NCBI GenBank assembly: GCA_031266135.1
Contig: JAISBP010000007.1
Coordinates: forward strand, 617 to 64,616
From: Holosporales bacterium
GTDB lineage: Bacteria; Pseudomonadota; Alphaproteobacteria; RUG11792
DNA: 64,000 nt
Reading direction: 5' to 3'
The position numbers and the translations under genes were made by a program. Shown here one piece after another: positions 1-10,207 of this stretch. Every line of letters begins with the position of its first letter. Within the stretch, counting starts at the first letter, position 1. Under the pieces are notes generated by a model. That model did no database searches and was not told where the DNA came from. It worked only from the letters and a program-made list of their open reading frames with translations.

Positions 1-27
1 TAGTTTCTCTACAAAGCGCAGCGGTCT

Positions 28-645
28 TTGAATATACACTTTGAACATGTCGATCTGCCGGAGTCGTTTATACGCAATATCGACATGGTCGCGATAGATA
101 CGGAGACAATGGGTCTGTGGCCTAGGAGAGATCGCCTCTGTCTGTCTCAATTTTCTGCTGGAGATGGGGATTGTTATGTCATTAAATTTGACGACTATAA
201 TAAGGCCAAGAATATTAAAAAATTACTTGCCGATAGTAATGTTTTAAAGATCTTTCATTATGCACGATTTGACATGACGACGCTGTATCATTATCTGGGT
301 ATCATGCCGAAGAACGTCTATTGCACGAAGATTGCATCGAAACTCGTCAGGACATACACACAAAAACATGGCTTAGCAGATCTTTGCAGAGAACTCCTGG
401 GGGTAGAGGTATCAAAGGAGCAGACGTGTACAGATTGGGGAAATCCCGATCTCTCCCACAAACAATTGGATTATGCGGGGACCGATGTGTTGTATCTCCA
501 CGAGCTCAAGAGGGAGCTCGATGCGATGCTCCTCCGGGAAAATAGGATGGATATCGCAAAAGGGTGCTTCGATTTCTTAGAGATAAGAGTGATGCTCGAT
601 CTGTTGGTCCATGAAAGTTATGATATTTTCTCGCATGGTGCGTAG
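28..645 (+). CDS. rnd: RNase D-like 3'-5' exonuclease (DEDD family)
   Basis: 205-aa ORF with VAIDTET, FHYARFD and YAGTDVLYL exonuclease motifs. The TTG at 28 is the only start after the in-frame TAG at 1-3. Confidence 0.8.
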   Translation: MNIHFEHVDLPESFIRNIDMVAIDTETMGLWPRRDRLCLSQFSAGDGDCYVIKFDDYNKAKNIKKLLADSNVLKIFHYARFDMTTLYHYLGIMPKNVYCTKIASKLVRTYTQKHGLADLCRELLGVEVSKEQTCTDWGNPDLSHKQLDYAGTDVLYLHELKRELDAMLLRENRMDIAKGCFDFLEIRVMLDLLVHESYDIFSHGA

Positions 646-653
646 GGGACGAT

Positions 654-1604
654 ATGTCTAGGATCACCGACGAGGCAAGACGAGTAATCCAAGAAGAAGC
701 GACCGCCCTCGAGTTCCTGGCCTCAAATTTACCGGGTAATTTCGAGGATGCCGTGGAGATGATCTATATGGGGCATGGAAGACTCATCATATCCGGCATC
801 GGGAAAAGTGGCCTCATCGGCCGGAAGATTGCGGCCACCATGGCGTCAATCGGCCAAAAATCCTTCTATCTTCACCCAAGCGAGGCTAGCCACGGGGATT
901 TGGGGATGATCGATTCCTCAGATATACTCCTGCTCCTCTCGATGTCAGGAGAATCATTGGAGCTCCTCCCGGTCATCGACTTTGCGAAACGGTATGGAAA
1001 CCGCATCATCTCAATATCTCAAAATACGGAATCGTCCCTGTCTAGAAACGCTGATATCTCAATCATTCTGCCTGATTTTAAGGAAGCATGCTCCATAGGA
1101 TTTGCACCCACCGTATCTTCGACCATGACACTGGCCATAGGGGACGCCATAGCTATGTCCCTCATCATCAAGCGAGGATTCACCTTGGAGCAGTTCAAAT
1201 CTTTGCATCCTGGGGGCGCTATCGGCGCCAAATTATCCTTCGTCCGTGACGTGATGCGAACGGAGATCCCGATCGTTCAGATTGGAACCGATATGCAGAG
1301 GGCCATCCTCGTGATGTCGGAATATGGGTGTGGGTGCGTCGGGATAGTAGACGACTCCAATAGATTATCAGGGATAATCACAGATGGAGATCTAAGGCGC
1401 CACATGTCGACGGGATTATTACGACTATTTGTAGACGATGTCATGACGCTGAATCCCTACTGTGTGGATGACTCCATGCTCTGCACGGAGGCTCTCCACA
1501 TCATGGAGACCCGCAAGATAACGAGCCTCTTCGTAATGGGAATGGGGCCCGCCCCCATCGGTATGATTCATATCCACGATCTAATCATGATGAAGATAGT
1601 GTAG
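654..1604 (+). CDS. kdsD: arabinose-5-phosphate isomerase (SIS domain plus two CBS domains; KdsD/KpsF type)
   Basis: 316 aa with the SIS motif GIGKSGLIGRKIAATMASIG and a C-terminal CBS pair. LPS genes occur elsewhere in the window. Confidence 0.85.
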   Translation: MSRITDEARRVIQEEATALEFLASNLPGNFEDAVEMIYMGHGRLIISGIGKSGLIGRKIAATMASIGQKSFYLHPSEASHGDLGMIDSSDILLLLSMSGESLELLPVIDFAKRYGNRIISISQNTESSLSRNADISIILPDFKEACSIGFAPTVSSTMTLAIGDAIAMSLIIKRGFTLEQFKSLHPGGAIGAKLSFVRDVMRTEIPIVQIGTDMQRAILVMSEYGCGCVGIVDDSNRLSGIITDGDLRRHMSTGLLRLFVDDVMTLNPYCVDDSMLCTEALHIMETRKITSLFVMGMGPAPIGMIHIHDLIMMKIV

Positions 1605-1667
1605 ATCAGCGATTAAGAAGAGGTCTCATCTGCCCAGTAATCATGAATCTGGTACTCTTAATTGTCG

Positions 1668-2459
1668 CTACTCCGCATCTCCCTCTGGAACAGTCGGAGA
1701 CTCCAAGGATTCCAACATCGGGCCAAGGACCTCAGCCTTTGCCTGGGATCCGACCCTGTGGTCTTCCTGTATTTCTTGTTTCAGTAGATCGTACTGCCTC
1801 TTGGTCGCATCCCTTGCTATGGCGTAGAAATATATTAGATCAGGGGTGAAGTAAATACCTTTATTCTTCTGGTTCTGAGGGCGACGTGCATGAAATGCCA
1901 CCATTGCGATACCATGATCAGTTGCTTTTTGAATAGTTAACACTCTATACCCTATATGAAATTTTGTATCTGCTCCTTTGGGAGAGAAAAAGTTTCTGGG
2001 GTGACTCAGTATTTTGATTGCTGATGTAGCGTTGGTTGTGAGCGCTAGTCCGAGGATCTGGATCTGGTCTTGGGGTGGCCTGGATTCGATACTTATCACC
2101 TTCGCTTGGCCAGGCTTGGGACTCCATTTTAGGTCCTGTATTTGGTGGACGAGAGATATCATATCTTCCGTTGATTGTTGATCCATCAGTTTCACCGACG
2201 ATGATCCTGCTCCCCTCTCGGAACGGTTTTTGACCTCCTGCAGGTCCAGGGCGTACTGTGGAAGGTACAGTATCTGAGTTGTATTTGGCTTGCCTATCCA
2301 TCCTGTCCGTTTCTCTAGTGTCTCTAGCTCTTTGTGGTGAGTAGATGACCACTCTATTTCGTAGCCTACCGCCTGTTCTCCTGTAGCCATGGCCGAAGCC
2401 ATATTGATGCACGCCGCCAGCATGATCTTTTCAACAATGTTACTCCTATTGAACTTCAT
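1668..2459 (-). CDS. hypothetical secreted protein (orphan)
   Basis: Long ORF. I chose the ATG at 2459 because AAGGAGA lies 7 nt upstream and it gives the signal-like N-terminus MKFNRSNIVEKIMLAACINMASAMA. No domain recognised. Confidence 0.55.
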   Translation of the reverse strand: MKFNRSNIVEKIMLAACINMASAMATGEQAVGYEIEWSSTHHKELETLEKRTGWIGKPNTTQILYLPQYALDLQEVKNRSERGAGSSSVKLMDQQSTEDMISLVHQIQDLKWSPKPGQAKVISIESRPPQDQIQILGLALTTNATSAIKILSHPRNFFSPKGADTKFHIGYRVLTIQKATDHGIAMVAFHARRPQNQKNKGIYFTPDLIYFYAIARDATKRQYDLLKQEIQEDHRVGSQAKAEVLGPMLESLESPTVPEGDAE

Positions 2460-2638
2460 TAAAATTCTCCTTTTATTTTCTAACAAAAACCCAATCCTTC
2501 AATTCGGTGAGATTATACTTGTTTTTGTTTGGGATTAATATGCCTTAAATGTTGTTGACTGAATGCGCATCTGCTCTGATTTCGCCTTGCAGTTTAAATA
2601 TATTCCATGGTTGCAGAGTGGGCCACCAGTAGTATGGA

Positions 2639-3619
2639 TCATGCAAGGCGTTCTATGATCCACGTCGGGCGTTGGGAATGCACAAGGTTAGCAAAACTTC
2701 TGTGTGTCATTTTGGGGACTATCTTAATGAGCAACTCTTCTAGTTTTTCCGAAATTTGCATAGTATCTGGCATTGCATCAAAGAATCTACCGGTGACGCC
2801 TGTTAATGTCAGGATCGTGTCACATCCAGCAATGTTACCACCCAGAATATCTGTCCAAATAGTATCTCCAACCATTGCAGTCTTTTCGCATCCGGTCAAG
2901 AATTGCTTAGCAAAGTCATAAATCTGCTGATACGGCTTACCGAAATATATTACTTCTCCGCCCATGTGTTCGTAGAACTCGCCGATGGCGCCCGGACACA
3001 AGATTGGTCTTTTGACGCCATTAATTGATTCTATAGCGAATATGTCTGGATTAATTACGACGAGCTTCCTGTTATACTTCAAACACGCCTCTAATATCTC
3101 TGTTATCTCCTCGAGGCCATCGATATTTTCGCATCCTACTTTCGTTATGTCTTCTAATTGGATTCTAGCCCCAGATTTAGTCTTCAGGTCATCGACCGGA
3201 TACGCCATGTTGCTTCCTATTAGACCACCAACGTATATAAAGTCTGCATTCGGTATTGAATCGGTTTCTATAAATCCACTATCCTCGAAGACACATGGAT
3301 TCTTAGCGAAGAGCTGGTGATACTTTGCCTCTTGCATAAAAAGTAGAGGAACCGTTTGCCTAAAGACTTCACCAGAGCTTACGATTTGATCATAGTGCAC
3401 GCCCTCTAGAAGCCCGAATTCTAAATATCTATCCCGACAGAGCTTAGAAACAACGGGAGTATTGGAAAGGATTATGATCTTCTTCCCGGAACCTTTCACA
3501 ATTTTCAGTGAATCTAAAACTGAATCATAAAGCTTTTCCCCATCGTACAGAACTCCATAAACATCAATTAGAAAAGAATCATAATCCTTATATATAGACA
3601 ATAAATTTTCATGAATCAT
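2639..3619 (-). CDS. HAD-superfamily subfamily IIA hydrolase
   Basis: 326 aa with the N-terminal FLIDVYGVLYDG nucleophile motif and the C-terminal MVGDTIWTDILGG motif. Confidence 0.75.
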   Translation of the reverse strand: MIHENLLSIYKDYDSFLIDVYGVLYDGEKLYDSVLDSLKIVKGSGKKIIILSNTPVVSKLCRDRYLEFGLLEGVHYDQIVSSGEVFRQTVPLLFMQEAKYHQLFAKNPCVFEDSGFIETDSIPNADFIYVGGLIGSNMAYPVDDLKTKSGARIQLEDITKVGCENIDGLEEITEILEACLKYNRKLVVINPDIFAIESINGVKRPILCPGAIGEFYEHMGGEVIYFGKPYQQIYDFAKQFLTGCEKTAMVGDTIWTDILGGNIAGCDTILTLTGVTGRFFDAMPDTMQISEKLEELLIKIVPKMTHRSFANLVHSQRPTWIIERLA

Positions 3620-4119
3620 TCTGTGAATACCGCAAATTATTCTAACGCGTAAGTCTTAATGATGTCATTATACACCAAACTGAAAATCCGATGTATTTAA
3701 TTAACCTCAGTTGTGTGTTTAATATTCTCGCAGGCCTTGTGTACAGCAGTCATCCTATGCAAAACTGACATTATTAGTAAGGGAGGATATGAGGAAAAAA
3801 CCGAAATGGCCACAGGGTGGATCACCTGTATCCTGACTCTTGAAAAAATAGGCAGACTGGTGCTTAGTTCTATGATAGCTCTAGCTTATATTGTGGAACA
3901 GGCGACCGCGACATCGCCAAATTTCCCAAAGCCTATTTACCCCAGGCCCCGTCAGAAGTATGGAACTGGGATTGAGGCACAACGAACTATGGCTACACAA
4001 AATAAGCTTCGGCTAGCTTCTGGATGCGATGTAGAAGCTCAGGCAAATCCAGTATATCACGAGCTTACGAAATGCTCCGATAGGGAGGGCGCCCACTTAC
4101 TTCCGGTGGCGCAATGGTG

Positions 4120-4398
4120 CTACAAAATAGTATTCAATACTCCAACCGTTCCAAGGGACACGGGCAGAGCCGCAGAAAGTATAGCAATAGCTCTGTATCC
4201 GTCTTTTCTAAAAGTGCAGGCATTGCTCACGCTCCGGAGATTGCCGTATGAGCCGACAGAAAGTACACCTTTGCCTCCGTGGGTCATATCCAATCCTCCC
4301 GCATCTTTGCAGGAGTTATCTCGCCCTCTGCAATTCATTGCGTTGGGATACACTTGGGCGGGACTTCGGTTTCCAGGTCCGGATGAAGTATTAGCCAT
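4120..4398 (-). CDS. small hypothetical protein, Gly/Ser-rich with a hydrophobic C-terminus
   Basis: 92-aa ORF 65 nt downstream of the HlyD-like gene on the same strand. The C-terminal AIAILSAALPVSLGTVGVLNTIL looks like a TM helix. No homology recognised and it may not be real. Confidence 0.25.
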   Translation of the reverse strand: MANTSSGPGNRSPAQVYPNAMNCRGRDNSCKDAGGLDMTHGGKGVLSVGSYGNLRSVSNACTFRKDGYRAIAILSAALPVSLGTVGVLNTIL

Positions 4399-4463
4399 GA
4401 CCCGCCTTCAACTCGGTCCGTGAAGCGTGTTCATAACAATTGAGAAACCGCCTTTAAGATCAT

Positions 4464-5318
4464 CTAATTGATTTTATTGATAACGACTGGCATACCCTGC
4501 TTCAACTCTGGAGCATCATCGTCGATTACTATACGAATTCTATACATCAAACTTGTGCGAAGTTCTTTTGTCTCAATATTTTTGGGGGTGAATTCAGCAG
4601 AGGAAGAAATGAAGCTGATATGACCGTGGAATGCTTTTTCAGGGAGGCAGTCGATATGAACAGTAACAGCGTCGCTATATTTCAATTTTGTCAACACCTC
4701 TTCCGTGGCGAAGGTTCTGACTTTGGTATGCTTCTTAGGCATTATCGTGAAGGCTGGAAGGCCAGTACTTACCATCTCTCCGATCTCAATGTTTCGAGTC
4801 AGCACGATACCATCAACCGGAGATTTTAATACCGAGTCATTCAAATGAATTTGAGCAAGTTTATAATTCGATATTGTTATACTTTTTTTTGACATAGCAG
4901 CTTCGTGATTCAAAACGCATTCATCAAATATTTTTTCTGAGATACTTTTCTTTTTAAACAAGGTCGTGGCCCGTGCTAGATTTTTCCTGCTGATTTTGAA
5001 GTTGGTAATCGCTTCCTTCATCCTGGCCTCTGCCAATTCGAACCTTAACTTCAGGATATCGTTGTCTAGCGTCGCCAAAATATCACCTTTCTTAACGCTA
5101 TTCCCCTCTTCGGCCATTATCTTATCGATACGTCCCGACGATCTGAACGATACATTAATATCCTGTACCTCAACGTTCCCATTCAAAACAATCTCATTGC
5201 TTTGCTTAAATAAAGATGAAGAAAAATAATAGAAGGCAATAGCTAGCAAAGGCAAAAATACAAAAACAACCAACGTACGACGAGCAATCATCGAGCGATT
5301 TTTTAAAAACACAGACAT
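4464..5318 (-). CDS. HlyD-family periplasmic adaptor / membrane-fusion protein
   Basis: 284 aa with an N-terminal TM anchor, a lipoyl-like GDILATLD motif, a coiled-coil hairpin and a beta-barrel C-terminus. No partner ABC or RND pump lies next to it. Confidence 0.75.
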   Translation of the reverse strand: MSVFLKNRSMIARRTLVVFVFLPLLAIAFYYFSSSLFKQSNEIVLNGNVEVQDINVSFRSSGRIDKIMAEEGNSVKKGDILATLDNDILKLRFELAEARMKEAITNFKISRKNLARATTLFKKKSISEKIFDECVLNHEAAMSKKSITISNYKLAQIHLNDSVLKSPVDGIVLTRNIEIGEMVSTGLPAFTIMPKKHTKVRTFATEEVLTKLKYSDAVTVHIDCLPEKAFHGHISFISSSAEFTPKNIETKELRTSLMYRIRIVIDDDAPELKQGMPVVINKIN

Positions 5319-5530
5319 CGAACATTATAGGTAATTTATACAACGAGGCCAATAGATTTATAGTAGATCTCATGCATAAGCATTGTGGTACATATATTTA
5401 AATGGTACACAACCTCCGGAGGTCATAACCCATTATTTTAATCGCAGAATAATGATGCTATTAGATGTCTAGTGTTTTCACTCTAATTTTTATAAAATTC
5501 GTTTCGTAAACATTTGATAATTGTTACAGT

Positions 5531-7624
5531 ATGCCGAATCCATCTTGGTTTTTCCCATATACTCAGGAAAATCTTCCCATCAAATTTAATATGAATGGCG
5601 CAGATAATGTTGTCGTCGTTAGGGCTCGAATTCGAGAACGTGTATCAAGTTTGTTGGAAGGCGATGTGTTCCTTCAAACTGGACGTGAGATTGATTTACA
5701 GGCATTCATAGGAGAGCCGTGCAAACTCTCAATTCAATATCAGGAAGATACGTTTAGGTATTTTGATGGCGTGATATCACATGCGTCCCTTACAAATATG
5801 CCGCATTTAGATGGAGATAACACCGATAGCATCATCCATTTAACATTCCGTTCGCCTTTATATTTGTCGAATCTAGGTCTTAAGTATAGACTCTTTCAAG
5901 ATATAACTACCGAAGATATACTTCGGCAAATCCTAAAAGAAAACAGAATATCCAATGTAGACATAAATCTGCGGAATGCTGGCCAGGAGATGTCTCCTTT
6001 GTGCGTTCAGTACCATGAAAGTGACTACCAGTTCTTTTTACGCTTATCTCAAGCACACGGTATCTTCTTTTATGATTCGTATTCTGACGGAGATTCAGCG
6101 TTTCATCTATCTGACTGCAGCCTATCTTCTCCTAAAATCCAAACAAAGCTACAGATATTAAAGATGCATGTCGAAGGTATGTATAGATGCGATATGGCTT
6201 TTAACGTATTTCGCGGAATGTCTGCCGGAACGAGGCAGGTTGATGTTTCAGCTTTTAATGAACAAAAGGCTGAAGTTATGCATGGTATCTCCTCTGATAC
6301 TTCGTTACCTTTCAACCTTGGAGAAGTAGAAAATTTTGATCACCTTTTCCTGGAGAAAACTGATGGAGATACTCTTGCAAAATTGGAACTTCAACGTGCC
6401 AATAGTTGTTCCATACAACTAAAGGGTCGAAGCTTTTGCCCGGAATTAAGTCCAGGATTGTTGTTTGATATTACTGGATCAAAATCATCCAGTCATAATG
6501 GTGAGTTTTTTGCGTACGACGTTGAGCACGTTATAGAGCAGTTCCCAAACAGAGGTGATGGCGGGCCGATGTATGTGAATACCTTTGAAGCTATCCCGAG
6601 CTCGGTTCCTTATGTTCCTCCCATCACGCAACCCAGTCCCAGGATTTATGGATGCCAGACGGCGACGACCACAGGGCCCGAGGGAGAAGAGGTATTCTGT
6701 GATGATCAGGGAAGAATTAAGATCAAGTTTCATTGGGATTTTCGGTCCGAGACGGATGATAAAAGCTCGTGCTGGGTGAGGGTTTCTCAATCCTGGGCCG
6801 GTCCTAATTTTGGAGCACTGGTTACTCCCAGAATCGGCATGGAGGTAGTCGTCGTATTCCTGGACGGAGATCCAGATCAACCACTTGTAACTGGGTGCAT
6901 ATATAATGGCATCAATCCACCACCAGGGAATTATCCATCGGATTTAAAGCTGGCATCCACCTTCTATTCATCCTCAACGAATGAAGTTAGAATAAACGAT
7001 GAGGAAGAGAAAGAGGAAATATTTATTCATGCTCAAAAAGATATTAATATTGTGGTCGAAGACAGTGTAACAGAAACATTAAATATTGGATCCAAGATTA
7101 CTAAACTTGAAAGTAATAAAGATCCGGTCGTGCATTCTCTGTATATTAATAAAGGTGATAAAACAGAGGAAATTGGTGAGGGTAATATTACGATCACCAT
7201 CAATAAGGGAAATAATAGCATTACCCTGGGTGAAGGTGATTCTGAGACTAGTGTTACTGGGAACGTGGTTATAAAGGCAACTAAGGATATAACATTTAGT
7301 TGTGATGGAGTATTCAAAGTTGATGCGGCTAAGGGTATAGAGCTCGGGACACAGACCAATATATCCCTTAAAGCTCAGCAGAATTTCGAAGTAACATGTT
7401 TGGCGTGGAAGGCAGAAGCTCAGACTACCATAGAATTCAAAGCTCTCAGTATGAAATTTGATGCAACGGCCAATTTTGAGATTGGTGCAGCGATGTTCAA
7501 TGCCTCGGCCACGGCTTCAATCACAATAAGCAGCCAGGCAGCCGCCAACATATCAGCGGCGATACTGAGCCTTAGCGGATCTGCCGGAGCATCACTCTCC
7601 GGCGCCATGGTTAAGTTGGGTTAA
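5531..7624 (+). CDS. vgrG: type VI secretion spike protein VgrG (no effector extension)
   Basis: 697 aa with a gp27-like N-terminus and a gp5 OB-fold region (WAGPNFGALVTPRIGMEVVVVFLDGDPDQPLVTGCIYNG). The C-terminus is a repetitive beta-helix. Confidence 0.85.
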   Translation: MPNPSWFFPYTQENLPIKFNMNGADNVVVVRARIRERVSSLLEGDVFLQTGREIDLQAFIGEPCKLSIQYQEDTFRYFDGVISHASLTNMPHLDGDNTDSIIHLTFRSPLYLSNLGLKYRLFQDITTEDILRQILKENRISNVDINLRNAGQEMSPLCVQYHESDYQFFLRLSQAHGIFFYDSYSDGDSAFHLSDCSLSSPKIQTKLQILKMHVEGMYRCDMAFNVFRGMSAGTRQVDVSAFNEQKAEVMHGISSDTSLPFNLGEVENFDHLFLEKTDGDTLAKLELQRANSCSIQLKGRSFCPELSPGLLFDITGSKSSSHNGEFFAYDVEHVIEQFPNRGDGGPMYVNTFEAIPSSVPYVPPITQPSPRIYGCQTATTTGPEGEEVFCDDQGRIKIKFHWDFRSETDDKSSCWVRVSQSWAGPNFGALVTPRIGMEVVVVFLDGDPDQPLVTGCIYNGINPPPGNYPSDLKLASTFYSSSTNEVRINDEEEKEEIFIHAQKDINIVVEDSVTETLNIGSKITKLESNKDPVVHSLYINKGDKTEEIGEGNITITINKGNNSITLGEGDSETSVTGNVVIKATKDITFSCDGVFKVDAAKGIELGTQTNISLKAQQNFEVTCLAWKAEAQTTIEFKALSMKFDATANFEIGAAMFNASATASITISSQAAANISAAILSLSGSAGASLSGAMVKLG

Positions 7625-7630
7625 CTATGT

Positions 7631-7648
7631 GAGTACTTGAGAGTACTC
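7631..7648 (+). terminator. short hairpin just after the vgrG stop
   Basis: GAGTACT-TGAG-AGTACTC gives a perfect 7-bp stem. There is no following T-tract, so terminator function is uncertain. Confidence 0.3.
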
Positions 7649-7995
7649 TATGGATGTGCATTATCACTCCATCACTGAATTAACACTGCTAAAACTTCGT
7701 CGTGCTACTGGTGAGCCTGGATAAAACAGCGCCGAGTATGGCTAATTTAGCACTGATAGCCCTCAAATATTGTTACAAAATAACTAAAAAATATACTCTT
7801 ATGTTACTGATCTGTTAATAAAAATGTAAATTTTAGAGTTTCATACACATAATGATAATATTACTTCGGTAATTTTTTATTATATGATGGGTTTTAAGAT
7901 GGAAATTCATTTATTAATTTTTTTGTTGCAATAGAGGTGGAAATATATTACAAATCTATGGTTGGTATTAGTAATTCGAAGAAATGGAGAGTTGA

Positions 7996-8451
7996 ATGAC
8001 AGAAAAAACGGAAGGATTGATCACTCAAAATCAAATATCTCACGAAAGTATATTGGATCTTACAGTAAAACTAGCATCTGCATACATGGCTAATAATCAG
8101 GTTATGCTAGAAGATATAGGTACGGTTTTAAGGAAATCGTTTGTAGCTGTCGTTGATATTAAAGGTGAAGCTGTTAATATCAAAAATAAGCCGTTCCTAA
8201 CTCCGGCAGTTCCAATCGAGGAATCAGTGCAGGATGATTACATTGTCTGTTTAGAAGATGGGAAAAAACTTCAGATGCTCAAAAGACACCTGAACACAGT
8301 ATACGGATTAACTGTAGAGCAGTATAAAGAGAGATGGGGACTTTCGCTGGACTATCCAGTGGTATCTCCGAGCTATGCCAGACGCCGTAGCGATATTGCA
8401 AAGACGACTGGGCTTGGAAGCACTGGGAGAAAAAAGCTGAAAGTTGCCTGA
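7996..8451 (+). CDS. mucR: MucR/Ros-family zinc-finger transcriptional regulator
   Basis: 151 aa. The segment DDYIVCLEDGKKLQMLKRHLNTVYGLTVEQYKERWGL matches the Ros/MucR core. The upstream region is very AT-rich. Confidence 0.85.
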   Translation: MTEKTEGLITQNQISHESILDLTVKLASAYMANNQVMLEDIGTVLRKSFVAVVDIKGEAVNIKNKPFLTPAVPIEESVQDDYIVCLEDGKKLQMLKRHLNTVYGLTVEQYKERWGLSLDYPVVSPSYARRRSDIAKTTGLGSTGRKKLKVA

Positions 8452-8462
8452 CTCAGAAGGCT

Positions 8463-8501
8463 GAATACTCGGTATTTATCGATAGAAGATGCCGAGTATT
8501 C
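8463..8501. terminator. hairpin between convergent mucR and mlaA
   Basis: GAATACTCGG (8463-8472) pairs with CCGAGTATTC (8492-8501), a 10-bp perfect stem around a 19-nt loop. Confidence 0.4.
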
Positions 8502-8583
8502 ATGAGATTCGTTATGCTCATTCTAATTTGTTATCGCCTTAAGCGTACATATTAAGTCCGAAGTATTACCTATTACAGTTAAT

Positions 8584-9414
8584 TTACTTTTCAGTTGACA
8601 TGACAACGTTACGATACAGAATATACTCGTCATCCAGCAGATTGTCCAGATCTTTCATTATAGAAAGTATTTTGGAACGTTTAGACAGGAGATCAGCTCC
8701 ATATATTGTGTAATAATATTTATTTCTCGTATTCTTTTTGTGTCTGTAAAGCGAGATTTGAGCGAACGGATCGAGGCCAAAATGAAAGGCTTTCGCGACG
8801 GCTCCCCTTAGACTTGTTGGTCCTAAAATTGGCAACACGACGTAGGGGCCAGGTTTTACTCCCCATTTCTTAAATGTATCTCCCAGTGATGTATCATTTG
8901 ATTTTATTCCCATTGTCTTCGCGACGTCAGCCGTTCCGAAAAATCCAAATACCGTATTTATTGCGAACCTAAATAATGTTTTGACTAGATTTGTCCCGTC
9001 TTTTTGAAAGAGAAATAAAATACATCTCACCGGAGAGAAGAAATTAGAGACAAAATTGTTGATTCCGATTTGTATAAAGGCTGGAAATACAACCTTATAC
9101 AAGGTTGCAATCGGTACAAAAAAAGCTTTATCAATACAGCCATTAATATAAAACATTAGTCTGTTGAATGGTTCCCATGGATCATAACATTCGTCTATTT
9201 CATCTTCAGACAGTGGTGAATCTTCAAATGTCCATCCATCATCGGACGCTTCCGTTTCAGAGTAAACTTCAGCAGTCAGTAGACCTGAAAGCAAAATTAC
9301 TAATAGCCATCTAAATTTGCACGATAATACCAATTCGATCTTATAAAAAAAGCCAATAAATTTCTGCAACATAATACAATAAATTTCTTTAGCATACATC
9401 AGACATCTACCCAT
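8584..9414 (-). CDS. mlaA: MlaA/VacJ-family outer-membrane lipid asymmetry lipoprotein
   Basis: DPWEPFNRLMFYIN, GINNFVSNFFSP and FGFFG MlaA motifs. The true start may be an internal Met. Confidence 0.8.
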   Translation of the reverse strand: MGRCLMYAKEIYCIMLQKFIGFFYKIELVLSCKFRWLLVILLSGLLTAEVYSETEASDDGWTFEDSPLSEDEIDECYDPWEPFNRLMFYINGCIDKAFFVPIATLYKVVFPAFIQIGINNFVSNFFSPVRCILFLFQKDGTNLVKTLFRFAINTVFGFFGTADVAKTMGIKSNDTSLGDTFKKWGVKPGPYVVLPILGPTSLRGAVAKAFHFGLDPFAQISLYRHKKNTRNKYYYTIYGADLLSKRSKILSIMKDLDNLLDDEYILYRNVVMSTEK

Positions 9415-9564
9415 TCCTTTCTCAGAATTTTTTCATGAGGTAGCTCTGTCATTTATTTTGAAAAAAATATTGTTTTCGCTTACTATACCAGCGTGTTATG
9501 ATGAATGTAGGGGTGTTTTTTTAAGCGTAGTTACTTTAATTTTTTTGGGAGATTATAAGAAAGT

Positions 9565-10185
9565 ATGAATGATAGTTCTGAGAATACTATTGCAACTCCA
9601 TCTAGGCCATTATCGCCACGCGTTAGTTTTATGCCTCCAAAACCGATTGTTATCATTGGGTTAATGGGGTGCGGCAAAACCAGTATCGGGAAGAGGATTG
9701 CGAAAAGGTTTGAACTACAGTTCTGTGATTCTGACCAGGAAGTAGAGGCTGCTGCTGGTTGTTCTGTTTCCGATATTGATTCTATTTACGGTGAAGGGGC
9801 GTTTCAAAATGGAGAGTATAGGGTTTTATCGAGGATTCTTAGTCAGACAATTCAAGTCATAGCAACAGGATGCCTGTCATTTACTTACGAATCTACTAGG
9901 CAGTTGATGAAAGAAAAGGCAATTTCGGTGTGGCTGAAAGCGGACCTCCAAACTCTGCTCCTGAGGGTAACCGGGCGAAAAGATAGACCATTACTTGAAG
10001 TCGGGAAAGAGGAGGAAATTTTGATCGATTTAATAGACAAGTATTATCCGATTTTTTCTGAATCTGATGTGTGCGTTCAGACATATGATGAGCCAGCCAA
10101 TATTACGGTCGATAGAGTAATAATTGCGATGAGTGAATTCATACAAGCGAACTACCCAGATCATCATGTTTTGAAATCTGTTTGA
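9565..10185 (+). CDS. aroK: shikimate kinase
   Basis: P-loop GLMGCGKTSIGKRIA followed by DSDQEVE, with shikimate kinase-like length and layout. Confidence 0.8.
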   Translation: MNDSSENTIATPSRPLSPRVSFMPPKPIVIIGLMGCGKTSIGKRIAKRFELQFCDSDQEVEAAAGCSVSDIDSIYGEGAFQNGEYRVLSRILSQTIQVIATGCLSFTYESTRQLMKEKAISVWLKADLQTLLLRVTGRKDRPLLEVGKEEEILIDLIDKYYPIFSESDVCVQTYDEPANITVDRVIIAMSEFIQANYPDHHVLKSV

Positions 10186-10207
10186 TTGTCTTCCCTTTAT
10201 TTAAATC

